A DNA stretch of 64,000 nt from an uncultured Planctomycetaceae bacterium (GCA_963813715.1 CAWFAK010000012.1:96001-160000), one strand, 5' to 3'; shown: positions 13,470 to 24,829, numbered from the stretch's first letter. Translations and numbers: made by a program. Notes: generated by a model not told the origin, from the letters alone.

Positions 13470-15016
13470 TTACTCCGGCCACAACGCTGAAGTTCGGTCC
13501 CGGTGTGGTACCAGGAAAAAATTGCTGCGCTCCAGGCGGCCGCTTAAACCGCCGGTTACTACAAAATCGACGAGGTAGACTGGCTGAGCCCCAGACTTGA
13601 TCTTCTCGATCACACCCGTCATGCCGATCGAAACTTTTGGAGAGTACTCCGAGGGAACGACCCGGACGACCACCAAGTCGCGGTACTGCGGTTCGTCGCC
13701 GCAGAGCGAGCAGGCCTTGGGAACCAGGTCGCCGATGCGAAGTTGGGGCCGATTCTTCTGATACCACTCGTCGGTCGCGTCGCGGCCCAATTCGTAGATC
13801 GCGTTGCAAACGGGACACTTGCCGAACGGGAGCGCCGCCGCGGGGGTGAGATTCGCATCGGTTGGCTCGATGAGTCCTAACCGGCGCAGGATCTCGGCGA
13901 CGTGGCGGGTGACGTCCGCGACCGTCTCGCGCAGCACGATGTCGAAGTCCGCGAAGGTCGTCGGTCGCCAGTCCGCGATCAGGCGTGCGATTACTTTGGT
14001 CTGGTCGTCATCCCTAAGATGCCACCACTTGTCTTTCCCGTCGACGAGCCCTCCGATCCGGTAGATTCCTTCGGAAGATTGCCGAGCGAAGTCCTCTTTG
14101 GGCGGATCCCATTGGGCTGGCGGCGAATTGGGATCGGCGCAGAGGATGACGTTGAGGGTGAAATCGTCGATTTTCGAGGCTTGGTCCGACTGCTGAAACC
14201 AGAGATAAACGTGCCACCCCGACGGCCGCGCCGTTCCGGCGTCGAATGTGCTCTCCCCGGGCGGGAGTCGCCCAGCGGGCTCTGTTAACGAGCGCACGAA
14301 TGGGAAGGACAGCTCCCATTGTTTCTTGAGCGCCGTGATCAAGGCGAGAAATGAGCCACTTTCCGGCGCCGGCGTCGACGAACCCTCCGGCAGCGAATTC
14401 GAGACCACCATTCGTCGCATCAGCGCGCGGCGCGATTCGGCTTTCAGCTCTTCGTCTGAGATCCTGCTGTCGACAGAGGCCTGGGCCGGCGTCGGCTGTT
14501 TGGTCTGCAAAGCCTGCATCCGCCACTGGAATTGGAGGTCGTCTTCGCGCGACGCGGTTCGCGTCACGCTCAAACCGGGGCGAGCCGCAAGCGCCGCGCC
14601 CAATCGCTCGCGATGATCGCGCAGAAGTTCGTCCGGCGGGGTTGCGGCGGGGTGCCTTTTGCAGTCGATCCCGGGATTGGTCGCGCCGGCGCGCTCTCCA
14701 GCGTGTTGGTTGTCGTCAAAAAAGTTCCATCGTTCAGCTCGGACCCCAGCTCGATCGTCTGGATGTTGAGAGTCCGCTTCGGGGTGATCGATTGGAGGTG
14801 ATAGTGATAACTCGAGATTGTCCCATCCGCGCTCACCATCGCTCGAACGAACGTCCGCAGCTTGGGAAATGCGCGGGTCAACGTCAGGTTCTCCCGGTCA
14901 CCGAGCAACCGAAAGCCGAGCGACTCGATCGCAGCCTGAGTCTCGTCGTAGAAGTCGTGATCCGCCGTTAGAAACTTTGCCGGATCGACCCATTGATACT
15001 CATAGCGATCGGGCAT
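13470..15016 (-). CDS. Hypothetical multidomain protein with a C-terminal CPVC..CSLC zinc-ribbon-like motif (frameshift near 14620)
   Basis: ORFs 14570..15016 and 13470..14603 overlap; GAGG RBS before ATG 15016. Confidence 0.6.
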
Positions 15017-15034
15017 GGCGATTCCTCGGTCGAC

Positions 15035-15058
15035 GCTGACGCTGGCGGCTCGCCGGGG
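15035..15058 (-). repeat. Partial third copy of the same REP-like element
   Basis: acgctggcggctcgccggg is identical to part of 13420..13456. Confidence 0.65.
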
Positions 15059-15082
15059 TCGACTCGCGCCTTGCGCTGGGAC

Positions 15083-16729
15083 CTACGGCTCGCCTTCGAA
15101 CAGCTCCTGCAGCTGCTTGTTCTCTTGCTCGCCCAGCTCTTTGGCGTTGATGGCGCCGGCGCGTTGGAGCATTTGCCACAGGTCGGTGCTGAGCTGGGTG
15201 CGGCGTTGCGTGAGGTCGCCCAGGTCGTAGATCAGGGACTGCGACTTGCGGTAGTCCTTTTGCAGCGTGGCGATGACCGCTTCGCCCGCGACACCGATCG
15301 AATGTTCCTTCGGGTTCTCGCGGCCCATGCCGTCCAGCTCGCTGAAGAGTTTGCCCGCTTCTTTGAGGCGCAAGGTCCGCAGGTAGAGCACGGCCAAGCG
15401 TTCCTTCGCCTGCACGGTGTAAACGCGGTCGTCCGGGAAGTAATCGAGGACGGCCTTCCAAGCGTCGGGGTCGGAACGGAGCTGCCTCGCCCGCTCGAAT
15501 TGTTTTTGCGCGTTGATCTCGCGGGGCGCGTTTTGCTTGATCGTCGGCGTCTGTAGCGGATCGGTCGGCCGCAGCCACCAGCCGACCGCGGCCGACGCGC
15601 TGCCTAGAATCAAGGCCGCGATGCCAAGCGCCGTCAGGTGCCGGGAGAGGGGCCAGTCGAGGAAGCGTTCGCGCCACGTCGGCGGGCCGCTCGGCGCCGC
15701 GACGGTGGCTGCGCTCGGGCTCGACGCAGGCGTGGAGGCGGCCGTCGGAGTGGTGATTTCCGAAAGCCGCACGGCGCCGGCCGCGTTCGGATCCTCTTTG
15801 ATCATCCGTCCGACTTTTTTGAGATCCTGCGTGATCTCGCGGGCGTGCTGGTAACGGTCGGCCGGGGCGCGGGCCATCATCTTGTGGACGATTTCCGAAA
15901 TCACCGGCGGCAAGTCGGGCCGCAGCGTCGCGAGATCGTCGGGCGTGTGCGTCATGTGCTGCATCGCCAGCGTCAGCGTCGTGTCGCCGCGGAACGGCGG
16001 ACGGCCCGACAGCATGCGATAGCACGTCACGCCGAAGGAATAGATGTCGCTGCGGTGATCGACGCTCTCGCCGTTGATCTGCTCGGGGCTCATGTAGAGC
16101 GGCGTGCCCATCGTCATGCCGACCTGCGTCAGCTGCTGCACGCGATGCTCCGATTCGGCCAACTGAGCCAGACCGAAGTCGGCGACCTTCGCCTCTCCTT
16201 TGCGGGTGATGAGAATGTTCTCGGGCTTGATGTCGCGATGGACGATGCCCGCCTCGGCGGCGGCCGTCAGCGCCGAGGCGACTTGCCGCATGATGTGGTA
16301 GGCGACCAACAGCTCGGGGGGACCGCGGCGATTGAGCAGTTGCCGCAGGTTCATCCCCTGCACGTATTCCTGGGCGATGTAATATAGGCCGTCCTGCTGG
16401 CCGAACGAATACACCTGCACGATGTTGGCGTGCATCAATCCGGCGGCCGACTTGGCCTCCAGTTCGAACCGTTTGAGGATCGTGACGTCCGACAGCAGCT
16501 CGGGCCGCAACACCTTGACGGCGACCTGCCGATGCAGCGAGGTCTGCTCGGCCAGGTAGACTTCCGACATGCCGCCGCGACCCAAGGGCCGCAGGATGCG
16601 GAACTCGCCGAGCTGTTTGATCCCGTCTTCGGAGATTTCCTCGAAGAGCTCGGGCGCAGTCGCGTCGGAGCGGCCAGAAGCGAGATCGGCCCCACTCGGT
16701 GGCGATTCGTCATCCGGCGACGCTGGCAT
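15083..16729 (-). CDS. Membrane-anchored Hanks-type Ser/Thr protein kinase
   Basis: LGRGGMSEVY, VAVK, HRDIKPENIL, DFGLA, GTPLYMSPEQ, TM helix. Confidence 0.95.
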   Translation of the reverse strand: MPASPDDESPPSGADLASGRSDATAPELFEEISEDGIKQLGEFRILRPLGRGGMSEVYLAEQTSLHRQVAVKVLRPELLSDVTILKRFELEAKSAAGLMHANIVQVYSFGQQDGLYYIAQEYVQGMNLRQLLNRRGPPELLVAYHIMRQVASALTAAAEAGIVHRDIKPENILITRKGEAKVADFGLAQLAESEHRVQQLTQVGMTMGTPLYMSPEQINGESVDHRSDIYSFGVTCYRMLSGRPPFRGDTTLTLAMQHMTHTPDDLATLRPDLPPVISEIVHKMMARAPADRYQHAREITQDLKKVGRMIKEDPNAAGAVRLSEITTPTAASTPASSPSAATVAAPSGPPTWRERFLDWPLSRHLTALGIAALILGSASAAVGWWLRPTDPLQTPTIKQNAPREINAQKQFERARQLRSDPDAWKAVLDYFPDDRVYTVQAKERLAVLYLRTLRLKEAGKLFSELDGMGRENPKEHSIGVAGEAVIATLQKDYRKSQSLIYDLGDLTQRRTQLSTDLWQMLQRAGAINAKELGEQENKQLQELFEGEP

Positions 16730-16936
16730 GCTCGATCGATCCTCAAAAACAGGCGGCACTTACAGTTGTACAAAGGCGCGGGAACGAGCCGCAAGCTGTC
16801 CCGGCGGCCCCGTGACTTTACCCCGGTTGCCGGGGTCTTGTATCATGGTTTGTCGATGCGTTATTGGTGAGCGCTCGCTTGGGCCGCTCCCATCTGCGTC
16901 GACTTCCTTGGGTCGAACTGCTGAAGAGGAACGCGC

Positions 16937-18503
16937 GTGCCGATTCAAAGCCCGAACGCCTTGCGCCGTTGCCAGTGGCGGGCTTTTGCGGCGATCGCAG
17001 CGTTCACCCTTCTGACGAGCGGCGTCCTGACGAGCGTCTCTGGCGCCGCCGAAAAACCGGCCGAGACAAAGAAAGCCGACCCGCCTGCCAAGGCATCCGC
17101 CGCGGCCAAGATCGCCAAAGCCGCCGACAAAGCTAAGCCAGCCGCCAAGTCGCCAGCCGGCGAAGTCGACCGCGGCAAAATCACTCGGTCCGGTGAGCTA
17201 CTACCGCCAGGTACGGCCCATCCTGCAGCGCTCGTGCAGCGGCTGTCATCAGCCGGCCAAAAAAGGGGGCGGGCTGCAGCTCACCTCTTATGAAGAGCTC
17301 AAACACGGGGGCGAAAGCGGAGCCGGCTTTACGCCCGGCAAGCCTGACGAAAGCCCCGTCGTCCAATACATTTCCGGCGACAAGCCGGAAATGCCCAAGA
17401 GTGGCGACAAGCTCAAGCCAGTCCAGGTTGAGCTGATCCGTCAATGGGTGGCTCAAGGCGGCAAGGACGATACGCCGGCCGGCGTCAAAGACCCGGTGAC
17501 CGCGGAGAATCCGCCGAAGTACGCGAGCCCGCCGGTGATCGCAGCGCTGGCGTATTCGCCCGACAGTAGCCTGCTGGCCGTCTCGGGCTTTCACGAAATC
17601 CTGCTTCATCAGGCCGACGGTTCGAAGCTCGTGGGACGGCTCATCGGCCGCGCCCAGCGGATCGAGTCGCTCGCCTTCTCGCCGGACGGCAAGATCCTGG
17701 GAGCCGTCGGCGGCACGCCGGCCCTCCTGGGCGAGGCCCAGTTCTGGAACGTCGCCGACAAAAAGCTCACGCTGGCCCTGCCCGTCACCTACGACTCGCT
17801 TTATGGGGCCTCGTTCAGCGGTGACGGCAAGCTCTTCGCCTTCGGCGGGGCCGACAACCGGGCGCGGATCGTCCGCGTGCCGGACGGAAAAGAAGTGATG
17901 CGGTTTGACGCCCACTCCGACTATGTGCTGGGGACGACGTTCTCACTCAAGAACGATTACCTGATCACCGTCAGCCGCGACATGTCGATGAAGCTGATCA
18001 TCGTCGAGAACGCCCAGTTCGTCGACAACATCACCAGCATCACGCCCGGCGCGCTCAAGGGCGGCCTGGCCGTCGTCGAGCGGCATCCGACCCGCGAGCA
18101 GGTGATCTGCGGCGGTTCCGACGGCGAGCCCAAGCTCTATCAGATCTTCCGCACGAAGACGCGGGTCATCGGCGACGACTTTAACCGCATCCGCGGTTAC
18201 GAAGCGTTACCCGGCCGCATCTTCAGCGTGCAGTTCAATAAGGACGGCAGCCAATTCGTGGTCGGCGCCAGCACGGCTACCTCCGGCACCGCCCGCATCT
18301 ATAGCACCGACGACGGCAAGCTGCTCCACGATCTACCCAACATCGCCGGCCCCGTGTACGCCGTGGCCTTCCGGCCAGACGGCAAGCAAGTGGCCGTAGC
18401 CGGCTTTGAGGGGAAAGTCCGCCTGTACGACACGGCCAGCGGCAAGCTGGTCAAAGAATTCCTGCCAGTTGAAATCACGCCTGTTCAGACCGCCGCCCGC
18501 TGA
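16937..18503 (+). CDS. Planctomycete cytochrome c domain plus WD40 repeat protein (frameshift near 17185)
   Basis: Signal peptide; SYYRQVRPILQRSCSGCH..MP..LIRQWVAQGG; WD repeats (LAFSPDGK, VAFRPDGKQ). Confidence 0.88.
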
Positions 18504-18654
18504 AGCCTCCCACGTGCTCCCGCGCCGAAGACATCCGGACTGGGGGGCGACCTGCCTTGCAAAGTAGTTTCCGTTCCCTGATAAGACGAATCGGATGCCG
18601 GAGATTGGACCGCTCGGACGCGGCGCCTGCGCCGGCCAGCGAGGAGAACGAAAT

Positions 18655-21124
18655 ATGAAAACACGAACCGCAATCGCGATGGCCGCGCTGGCTGTCGCAC
18701 TGGGCGCGAGCGCTCAGGCGGCCAACGCGGGCGCCTCCGCCCCGCCGGCCAAGACGGCGGCCCCCGCCAAGTTCACCACGCTGGAAGTCTTCCCCAACAA
18801 GCTCGAACTCAGCTCGGTCCGCGATACCCGCCACGTGCTGGTGACCGCCGTCGGGCCGAACGGACTGCACCGGGACGTCACCGCCGACGCCCACTTCAAG
18901 CCGCTCTCTCCGAACATCACCGTCGACGCGGACGGCTTCGTCGTCCCGAAGGCAAAGGGCGATGCCGAGCTGTCGATCTCCGCGGCCGGGCTCGAGACGA
19001 AGATTCACGTGCACGTGGCCGATGCCGCGGAGCAGCCCGTCGATTTCGTTCGCGAAGTCATCCCCGTGTTGGGCAAGGTTGGCTGCAACCAGGGGACGTG
19101 CCACGGTTCGCAGGCCGGCCGCGCCGGATTCAAGTTGTCGCTCCGTGGCTACGATCCGCTGTTCGACTATCGCGCGCTCGTTGACGACGTGTCGGGCCGC
19201 CGCTTCAACCGCGCCATGCCCGCTCAGAGCCTGATGCTGCTCAAGCCGACACAGGGCGTCCCCCACGAAGGGGGCTACCTGTTCAGCGAAGACTCGCGCT
19301 ACTACAAACTCTTGCACGAGTGGATTGCCGAGGGCTGCGTCTATAAAGACAGCACGCGCGTCACCAAGATCGACGTCTTTCCGGACGCGCCGGTGCTCCA
19401 GAACCCCAAGGAGACGCAGCAGCTGGTCGTCATCGCGCATTATCCGGACGGCACCTCGCGCGACGTCACCCGCGACGCCATCTTCGACACCAGCAACTTC
19501 GAGGTCGCCGTCGTCGGCAAGTCGGGACAGGTGGAAGCCGTCCGCCGTGGCGAGGCGGCCGCCCTCGTCCGCTATGAAGGGCAGTACGCCGTCGCTCCGG
19601 TCACCGTCATCGGCAGCCGCGATGGTTACGCCTGGAAGGCGAGCCCGCAGTTCAACTTCGTCGACAAGCACGTCGACGCCAAGCTCGAAAAGATGAAGCT
19701 CTGGGCCTCCGACCTCTGCTCGGACGCCGAATTCCTCCGCCGCATCTCGCTCGACCTGGTCGGCCTGCCGCCGACGCTCGAGCAAACGCGAGCCTTCCTG
19801 GCCGACCCCCGCGACTCGCAGGCGAAGCGACAGGCAAAAGTCGAAGAGTTCTTGGCCAGCTCCGGCTACGTCGATCACTGGACGCTCAAGTGGAGCGACT
19901 TGCTCCTCAATAGGCGGAAATACGTCACCGAAAAAGGGGTCTGGGCCTTCCGCAACTGGATCCGCCAGTCGCTTGCGGCCGACAAGCCCTACGACCAGTT
20001 CGTCTACGACCTGATGACGGCGAGCGGCCATTCGCTCGAGAGCCCCGCCTCCAACTATTACCGCATCGCGCGCGAGCCGAGCATCGTCATGGAGAACATG
20101 ACGCAGGTCTTCCTGGGCATCCGCTTCAACTGCAACAAGTGCCACGACCATCCGTTCGAGCGTTGGACCCAGCAGCAGTATTACGAGCTGTCGGCCTATT
20201 TCTCGGCGGTCGGCCGCGCGCCGGCGCCTCGGCCGATGACGAGATCGTCTACACGCTGCGGGCACCCGAAGCCGTCGTCAATCCGCGGACCAACACGGCC
20301 GTCAACGCGTCGTTCCCCTTCCACTACACGGGGATGGACGTCGGCACGAAAGACCGTCGCACGGAACTGGCTCGCTGGCTGACGTCGAAGGACAACCCCT
20401 ACTTCGCCAAGAGCCTGGTCAACCGCTATTGGAGCTACTTCCTCGGCCGCGGGATTATCGATCCGGTCGACGACATTCGCGCCGGGAACCCGGCGTGCAA
20501 TTCCGAGCTGCTCGACGCGCTGACGGCCGACTTCGTGGCTCACAACTTCGACCTCAAGCATCTGATTCGCTCGATCGTCAGTTCCCACACCTATCAGCGG
20601 ACCTACCGCACGAACGAGTGGAACACCGACGACGCGACCAACTTTTCGCACGCTTATCCGCGACGCCTGACGGCCGAAGAGTTGTTCGACGGGCTGATGG
20701 TGGCCAGCGGCTCGCCGTTCAACATTCCCGGCGCGCCCCCGGCTTCCGCGCCGCCCAGCTCCCCGACCCGCAGATCGACGTCGGCTTCTTGGACATGTTC
20801 GGCCGCGCCCCCCGCGAGTCGCCCTGCGAGTGCGAACGCACGAGCGCCGTCAGCCTGGGCCAAACGCTCAGCCTGATCAACGGCCCGACCATCTCCGACG
20901 CCATCGCCAACCCCAACGGCCTGATCGCCCGCCGCGTGGCCGAAGGAGCCAAGCCGAAGGCCCTCGTCGAGGACATTTACTTATCAGTCCTCTGCCGCCT
21001 GCCGACGCCGGACGAATCGAAGAAGGCCGAGGCGTACCTGGCCGAAATCAAAAAACCGACCGAAGCCGCCCAAGACCTGATGTGGGCCCTGATCAACAGC
21101 CCGGGGTTCTTGTTCAACCGGTAA
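18655..21124 (+). CDS. DUF1549/DUF1553 (PSD1) protein with Ig-like domains (frameshifts near 20225 and 20735)
   Basis: GCNQGTCHG, FLRRISLDLVGLPP, FLGIRFNCNKCHDHPFERW, NPYFAKSLVNRYW, RRLTAEEL, DLMWALINSPGFLFNR. Confidence 0.92.
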
Positions 21125-21149
21125 GGTGCGCGGGATTTTCGTAGCTTCC

Positions 21150-21191
21150 GTAGGGTGTGTCGAGTCCGCCATCGGCGGACGCTGGCACACC
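21150..21191 (+). repeat. GTAG-type REP-like hairpin
   Basis: GTAG followed by the palindrome ggtgtgtc..gtccgcc-atc-ggcggac..ggcacacc. Confidence 0.45.
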
Positions 21192-21293
21192 ATCCCGCGC
21201 CGCGATTCAAAGTGCGCGCCGGAATGAAGCAAGACGATCCTCGGTCCAACGCCTCCGCTTGGACCGAGGGAAATCAGCGCGAACAAGAAATCA

Positions 21294-21322
21294 TTGACAA
21301 GCGGACGCCCGCATCCCATCCT
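21294..21322 (+). promoter_or_regulatory. Putative sigma-70 promoter of the pqq operon
   Basis: TTGACA-17 nt-CATCCT. Confidence 0.45.
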
Positions 21323-21387
21323 GAGTGCTGCCGAGTCGCGGCGAGCGCTCGTCCGACCGGCAAGCCGTCATCAACAAGGTGAAGCGA

Positions 21388-21525
21388 ATGCAAGACGCCT
21401 GGATCAAACCGGCTGCGGAAGAGTGCTCGGTCAACGGCGAATGCACGGCCTATGCCGGCGTCGATGCCGCCCAGATGATGGCTCAGGAAGCACCGGCCGT
21501 CGCGGCGACCTCGGAAGCGGACTAG
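21388..21525 (+). CDS. pqqA: PQQ precursor peptide PqqA, 45 aa, C-terminally extended
   Basis: MQDAWIKPAAEECSVNGECTAY...: W-x-K-P and E-x-x-x-Y motifs, immediately upstream of pqqB. Confidence 0.88.
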   Translation: MQDAWIKPAAEECSVNGECTAYAGVDAAQMMAQEAPAVAATSEAD

Positions 21526-21534
21526 TCCGCCGCC

Positions 21535-22484
21535 GTGAAAGTCCGTCTTCTCGGCACGGCCGCCGGCGGTGGCTTCCCGCAGTGGAATTGTGCCTGCCCC
21601 AATTGTGATGGACTGCGCCAAGGGACGCTCCGCGCGCGTCCGCGTCGCGAGCTGTGCGTTGCGATCTCGGGGAACGACAGCGACTGGTTCCTGATCAACG
21701 CTCCGCCCGACCTGCACGCGCAAATCGCCTCATTCCCGCCCTTGGCCCCGCGCGGCGACGTGCGATCGACTTCGATCGCCGGCGTGCTGCTCACCAGTGC
21801 CGATCTCGACAATGTGCTCGGCCTGATGGTGCTGCGGGAAGGGCCGCCGGTGCACGTGTATGCGACGCCGGGCGTGCAGCGGCGCTGGAAGTCGGCGGAC
21901 TCGCGTTCTCGCAGCTCTTGGCGAATTACGCCCCGCCGGTGTGGCACGAACCCGCCACGTCGCGCTCGCCGCTGCTCCCGCAAAGCGGCCGGACGAGCGG
22001 ACTGGAGTACCAGGTCTTCGAGGTCGACTCGCACCAACCGCGCTACCTGGGCTCTGAGGATTCCAGCGTGCGCGAGGTCGTCGCCGATCGCAGTGGTTAT
22101 GAGTTTTGGGTCACCGCCAGCGGCAAGCGGCTGGTTGTGCTGACCGGAGTGTTGTCTCTCACTCCCGACGTGCACACGCCGACGGTCGACCATCGCGAGC
22201 GGATTCGCGATTGCGATCTCTTGCTGCTCGACGGTTCGTTCTGGAGCGAAGACGAGCTGCGGACGAAAACTTACAGCGGGCGAACGGCGTCGCAAATGGG
22301 CCACCTTCGCGTGGGAGGCCCGGGCGGCAGCCTCGACTTGATCAAAGACCTGAAACCCCGCCGCGCGATTTACATCCACATCAACAATACAAACCCGATG
22401 TTGAACGAGGACTCAGCCGAACACAAAGCGGTGCGCGCGGCGGGCGTCGAAGTCGGCTATGATGGGCTGGAAATCGAGTTGTGA
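21535..22484 (+). CDS. pqqB: PQQ biosynthesis protein PqqB (frameshift near 21885)
   Basis: LGTAAGGGFPQWNCACPNC, DGSFWSEDE, MGH, IHINNTNP. Confidence 0.92.
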
Positions 22485-22520
22485 TTGCGCTCACGGCAAG
22501 CAGCGATGGGGCAAAGGGCG

Positions 22521-23249
22521 ATGGCCGACGACAACGGCGAACTCTGGGACGAGGCGACGTTCACGGGGCGGCTGCGAGCCGTCGGCGAGAAAAGCTATCA
22601 CGATCGCCATCCCTTCCATCGGCTGATGAATGAAGGGCGGCTCAGTCCGCCGCAAATTCGCTGCTGGGTCGCCAACCGCTTTCATTATCAGCGGCACCTG
22701 CCAATGAAGGACGGGGCGATCATCGCGAACTGCCCCGAGCCCGACGTACGTCGCGCCTGGCGGCAACGCCTCGTGGACCAGGACGGAGCCGCGGCCGGCG
22801 AAGGCGGCATCGAGGCCTGGCTGCGGCTGGCAGAAGCGACCGGATTGACGCGCGAGGAAACGTGGGACGCGCGGCACGTCGTTGCTGGTGTGCGCGATGC
22901 GGTGGCCGATTACGTCGAACTGGCGCGGACGAGTCCTTGGCCGGTGGCGGTGGCGTCATCGCTCACGGAGCTCTTCGCCCCCGATTTGATGAAGACTCGC
23001 GCGGCTGCGTTCCGAGAGCACTACACGTGGATTCCCGCCTGGGGCCTGGCCTACTTCGAATCGCGGATCACGATCGCCCGCAAAGACTCCGAATTCGGCC
23101 TGGCCACCACGCTCGCCTACTGCAACACGCCGGATTTGCAACGGGGCGCGGTCGCCGCTCTGGCCGAAAAGTGCCGGATCCTCTGGACGCTCTTGGACGC
23201 CATCGCCGAGGCTTGCCACGCTGCCGCCGCGGAACCCATCGATGTCTAG
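22521..23249 (+). CDS. pqqC: Pyrroloquinoline-quinone synthase PqqC
   Basis: YHDRHPFH, WVANRFHYQ, GGIEAWLRL, SSLTELFAP. Confidence 0.92.
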   Translation: MADDNGELWDEATFTGRLRAVGEKSYHDRHPFHRLMNEGRLSPPQIRCWVANRFHYQRHLPMKDGAIIANCPEPDVRRAWRQRLVDQDGAAAGEGGIEAWLRLAEATGLTREETWDARHVVAGVRDAVADYVELARTSPWPVAVASSLTELFAPDLMKTRAAAFREHYTWIPAWGLAYFESRITIARKDSEFGLATTLAYCNTPDLQRGAVAALAEKCRILWTLLDAIAEACHAAAAEPIDV

Positions 23250-24804
23250 CCGCGGCGACGATCGACCGGCGCTGGCCGGCAAAACACGCGTCCGCCGCGA
23301 TCCGGTCACGGGCGAACCGCTGCTGCTCTACCCGGAGGGACTGTTGCGACTCAACCGCTCGGGTGCCGCCATCGTCGCCTTGTGCGATGGGCGGCGGAGC
23401 GTGCCGCAGATCATCGCCGAACTCTCTGAGAAGTTTCGGCCGGGTTCCCGCGAAATCGGCGCCGAAATAGGCCCCGATGAAATCACCGACGACGTCGGCA
23501 CGTTCCTCGAGGAGTTGGATGCCAAGGGATTACTCGCCTGGAACGTCGAGCCGGCGACCGACCTCGACGGCCTGCCCGATCTTGTGTCGCGGGCGGTCGC
23601 GCCCGACCCTCGGTCGCAGACCGACGCGCCCCACAAGATCGCTGGCGATCGCCCGCTCGGGTTGCTCGCCGAGTTGACCTATCGTTGTCCGCTCGGTTGC
23701 CCGTATTGCTCGAATCCGACCAGCCTGCGTCACGACGGGGCCGAATTGACGACGGACGAATGGCAACGCGTGATCGACGAGGCGGCCGAACTGGGCGTGC
23801 TGCACGTCCACTTTTCCGGCGGCGAGCCCCTGTTGCATCCGGGATTAGTCGAGCTCGTCGCCACGGCGCGGGCGGCCGGCCTCTATACGAACCTGCTGAC
23901 GAGCGGGATTCCGTTCTCTCGCACCGCGGCGGAATCGCTGCGAGCAGCCGGCCTCGACCACGTGCAGCTCAGTCTGCAGTCCGACGAAGCGCCTCTGGCC
24001 GACACAATCGCCGGCCGCCGTTCGCACGCGGACAAGCTCGCTGCCGCCCGACTGATTCGCGAGCTGGGCTGGCCACTGACGCTGAACGTCGTGCTGCATC
24101 GCCCGAATGTCGCTCGAATTCCGCAACTGGTTGCCCTGGCGGAAGAACTCGACGCCGACCGCTTGGAGCTGGCGAACGTGCAGTTTTACGGCTGGGCCCA
24201 TCGCAATCGAGACGCGCTGTTGCCGAGCATTGCTGAACTGCGCGAGGCGGCCGCCTGTGTCGCAGAAGCGCGGACGAAACTGCGAGGACGATTGCGCATC
24301 GATTACGTGCTGCCCGACGCGCTGGCCGATCGGCCCAAACCGTGCATGGAAGGCTGGGGGCGTCGCTACCTCACCGTCAATCCGCAGGGAGACGTGCTCC
24401 CCTGCCCGACCGCGTCGTGCATCGAGTCGCTGCGGTTCGACAATGTCCGCCAGCATTCGCTCGGCTGGATTTGGCGTGAGTCGCCGGCGTTCAACCACTT
24501 TCGCGGCACGGCCTGGATGCCCGAGCCGTGTCGGAGTTGCGACTGGCGGCACACCGATTTCGGCGGCTGCCGCTGCCAGGCCGCCCTGCTGACGGGCGAC
24601 GCCGCCAACACCGATCCGGCCTGCGCGCTCTCCCCGCACCGCGCCCGGTTGATCGAGGCGTTTCAGCTCACCAGGGACGCGCCCGCCGCCGACCCGCTCG
24701 CCACCAACACTCCGGCGAATACGCCGTTCGAATACCGCCGCAATCCTCGCAACGGTTTCGTGGCCGCCGTCTCGATCGCCGAACGCGGCCCCTCTCGCGA
24801 CTAG
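23242..24804 (+). CDS. pqqE: PqqD-PqqE fusion (peptide chaperone plus radical SAM/SPASM cyclase)
   Basis: N-terminal LLLYPEGLLRLNRSGAAIVALCDG (PqqD); LLAELTYRCPLGCPYCSNP, KPCMEGWG, DFGGCRCQA (PqqE), in one frame. Confidence 0.9.
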   Translation: MSSRGDDRPALAGKTRVRRDPVTGEPLLLYPEGLLRLNRSGAAIVALCDGRRSVPQIIAELSEKFRPGSREIGAEIGPDEITDDVGTFLEELDAKGLLAWNVEPATDLDGLPDLVSRAVAPDPRSQTDAPHKIAGDRPLGLLAELTYRCPLGCPYCSNPTSLRHDGAELTTDEWQRVIDEAAELGVLHVHFSGGEPLLHPGLVELVATARAAGLYTNLLTSGIPFSRTAAESLRAAGLDHVQLSLQSDEAPLADTIAGRRSHADKLAAARLIRELGWPLTLNVVLHRPNVARIPQLVALAEELDADRLELANVQFYGWAHRNRDALLPSIAELREAAACVAEARTKLRGRLRIDYVLPDALADRPKPCMEGWGRRYLTVNPQGDVLPCPTASCIESLRFDNVRQHSLGWIWRESPAFNHFRGTAWMPEPCRSCDWRHTDFGGCRCQAALLTGDAANTDPACALSPHRARLIEAFQLTRDAPAADPLATNTPANTPFEYRRNPRNGFVAAVSIAERGPSRD

Positions 24805-24829
24805 CTGTTTGCTTTCCCTTGTTGCGAGC

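Noticed and set aside
10541..15179. Prophage or ICE bounded by attL/attR
   Set aside because: No integrase, phage or conjugation genes, and relics of two different genes are interleaved, which does not fit one site-specific integration.
21239..21269. 11-bp hairpin cctcggtccaa/ttggaccgagg as a pqq regulatory RNA
   Set aside because: It lies upstream of the predicted pqq promoter and lacks a U-tract on +; more likely a generic hairpin downstream of the DUF1549 gene.
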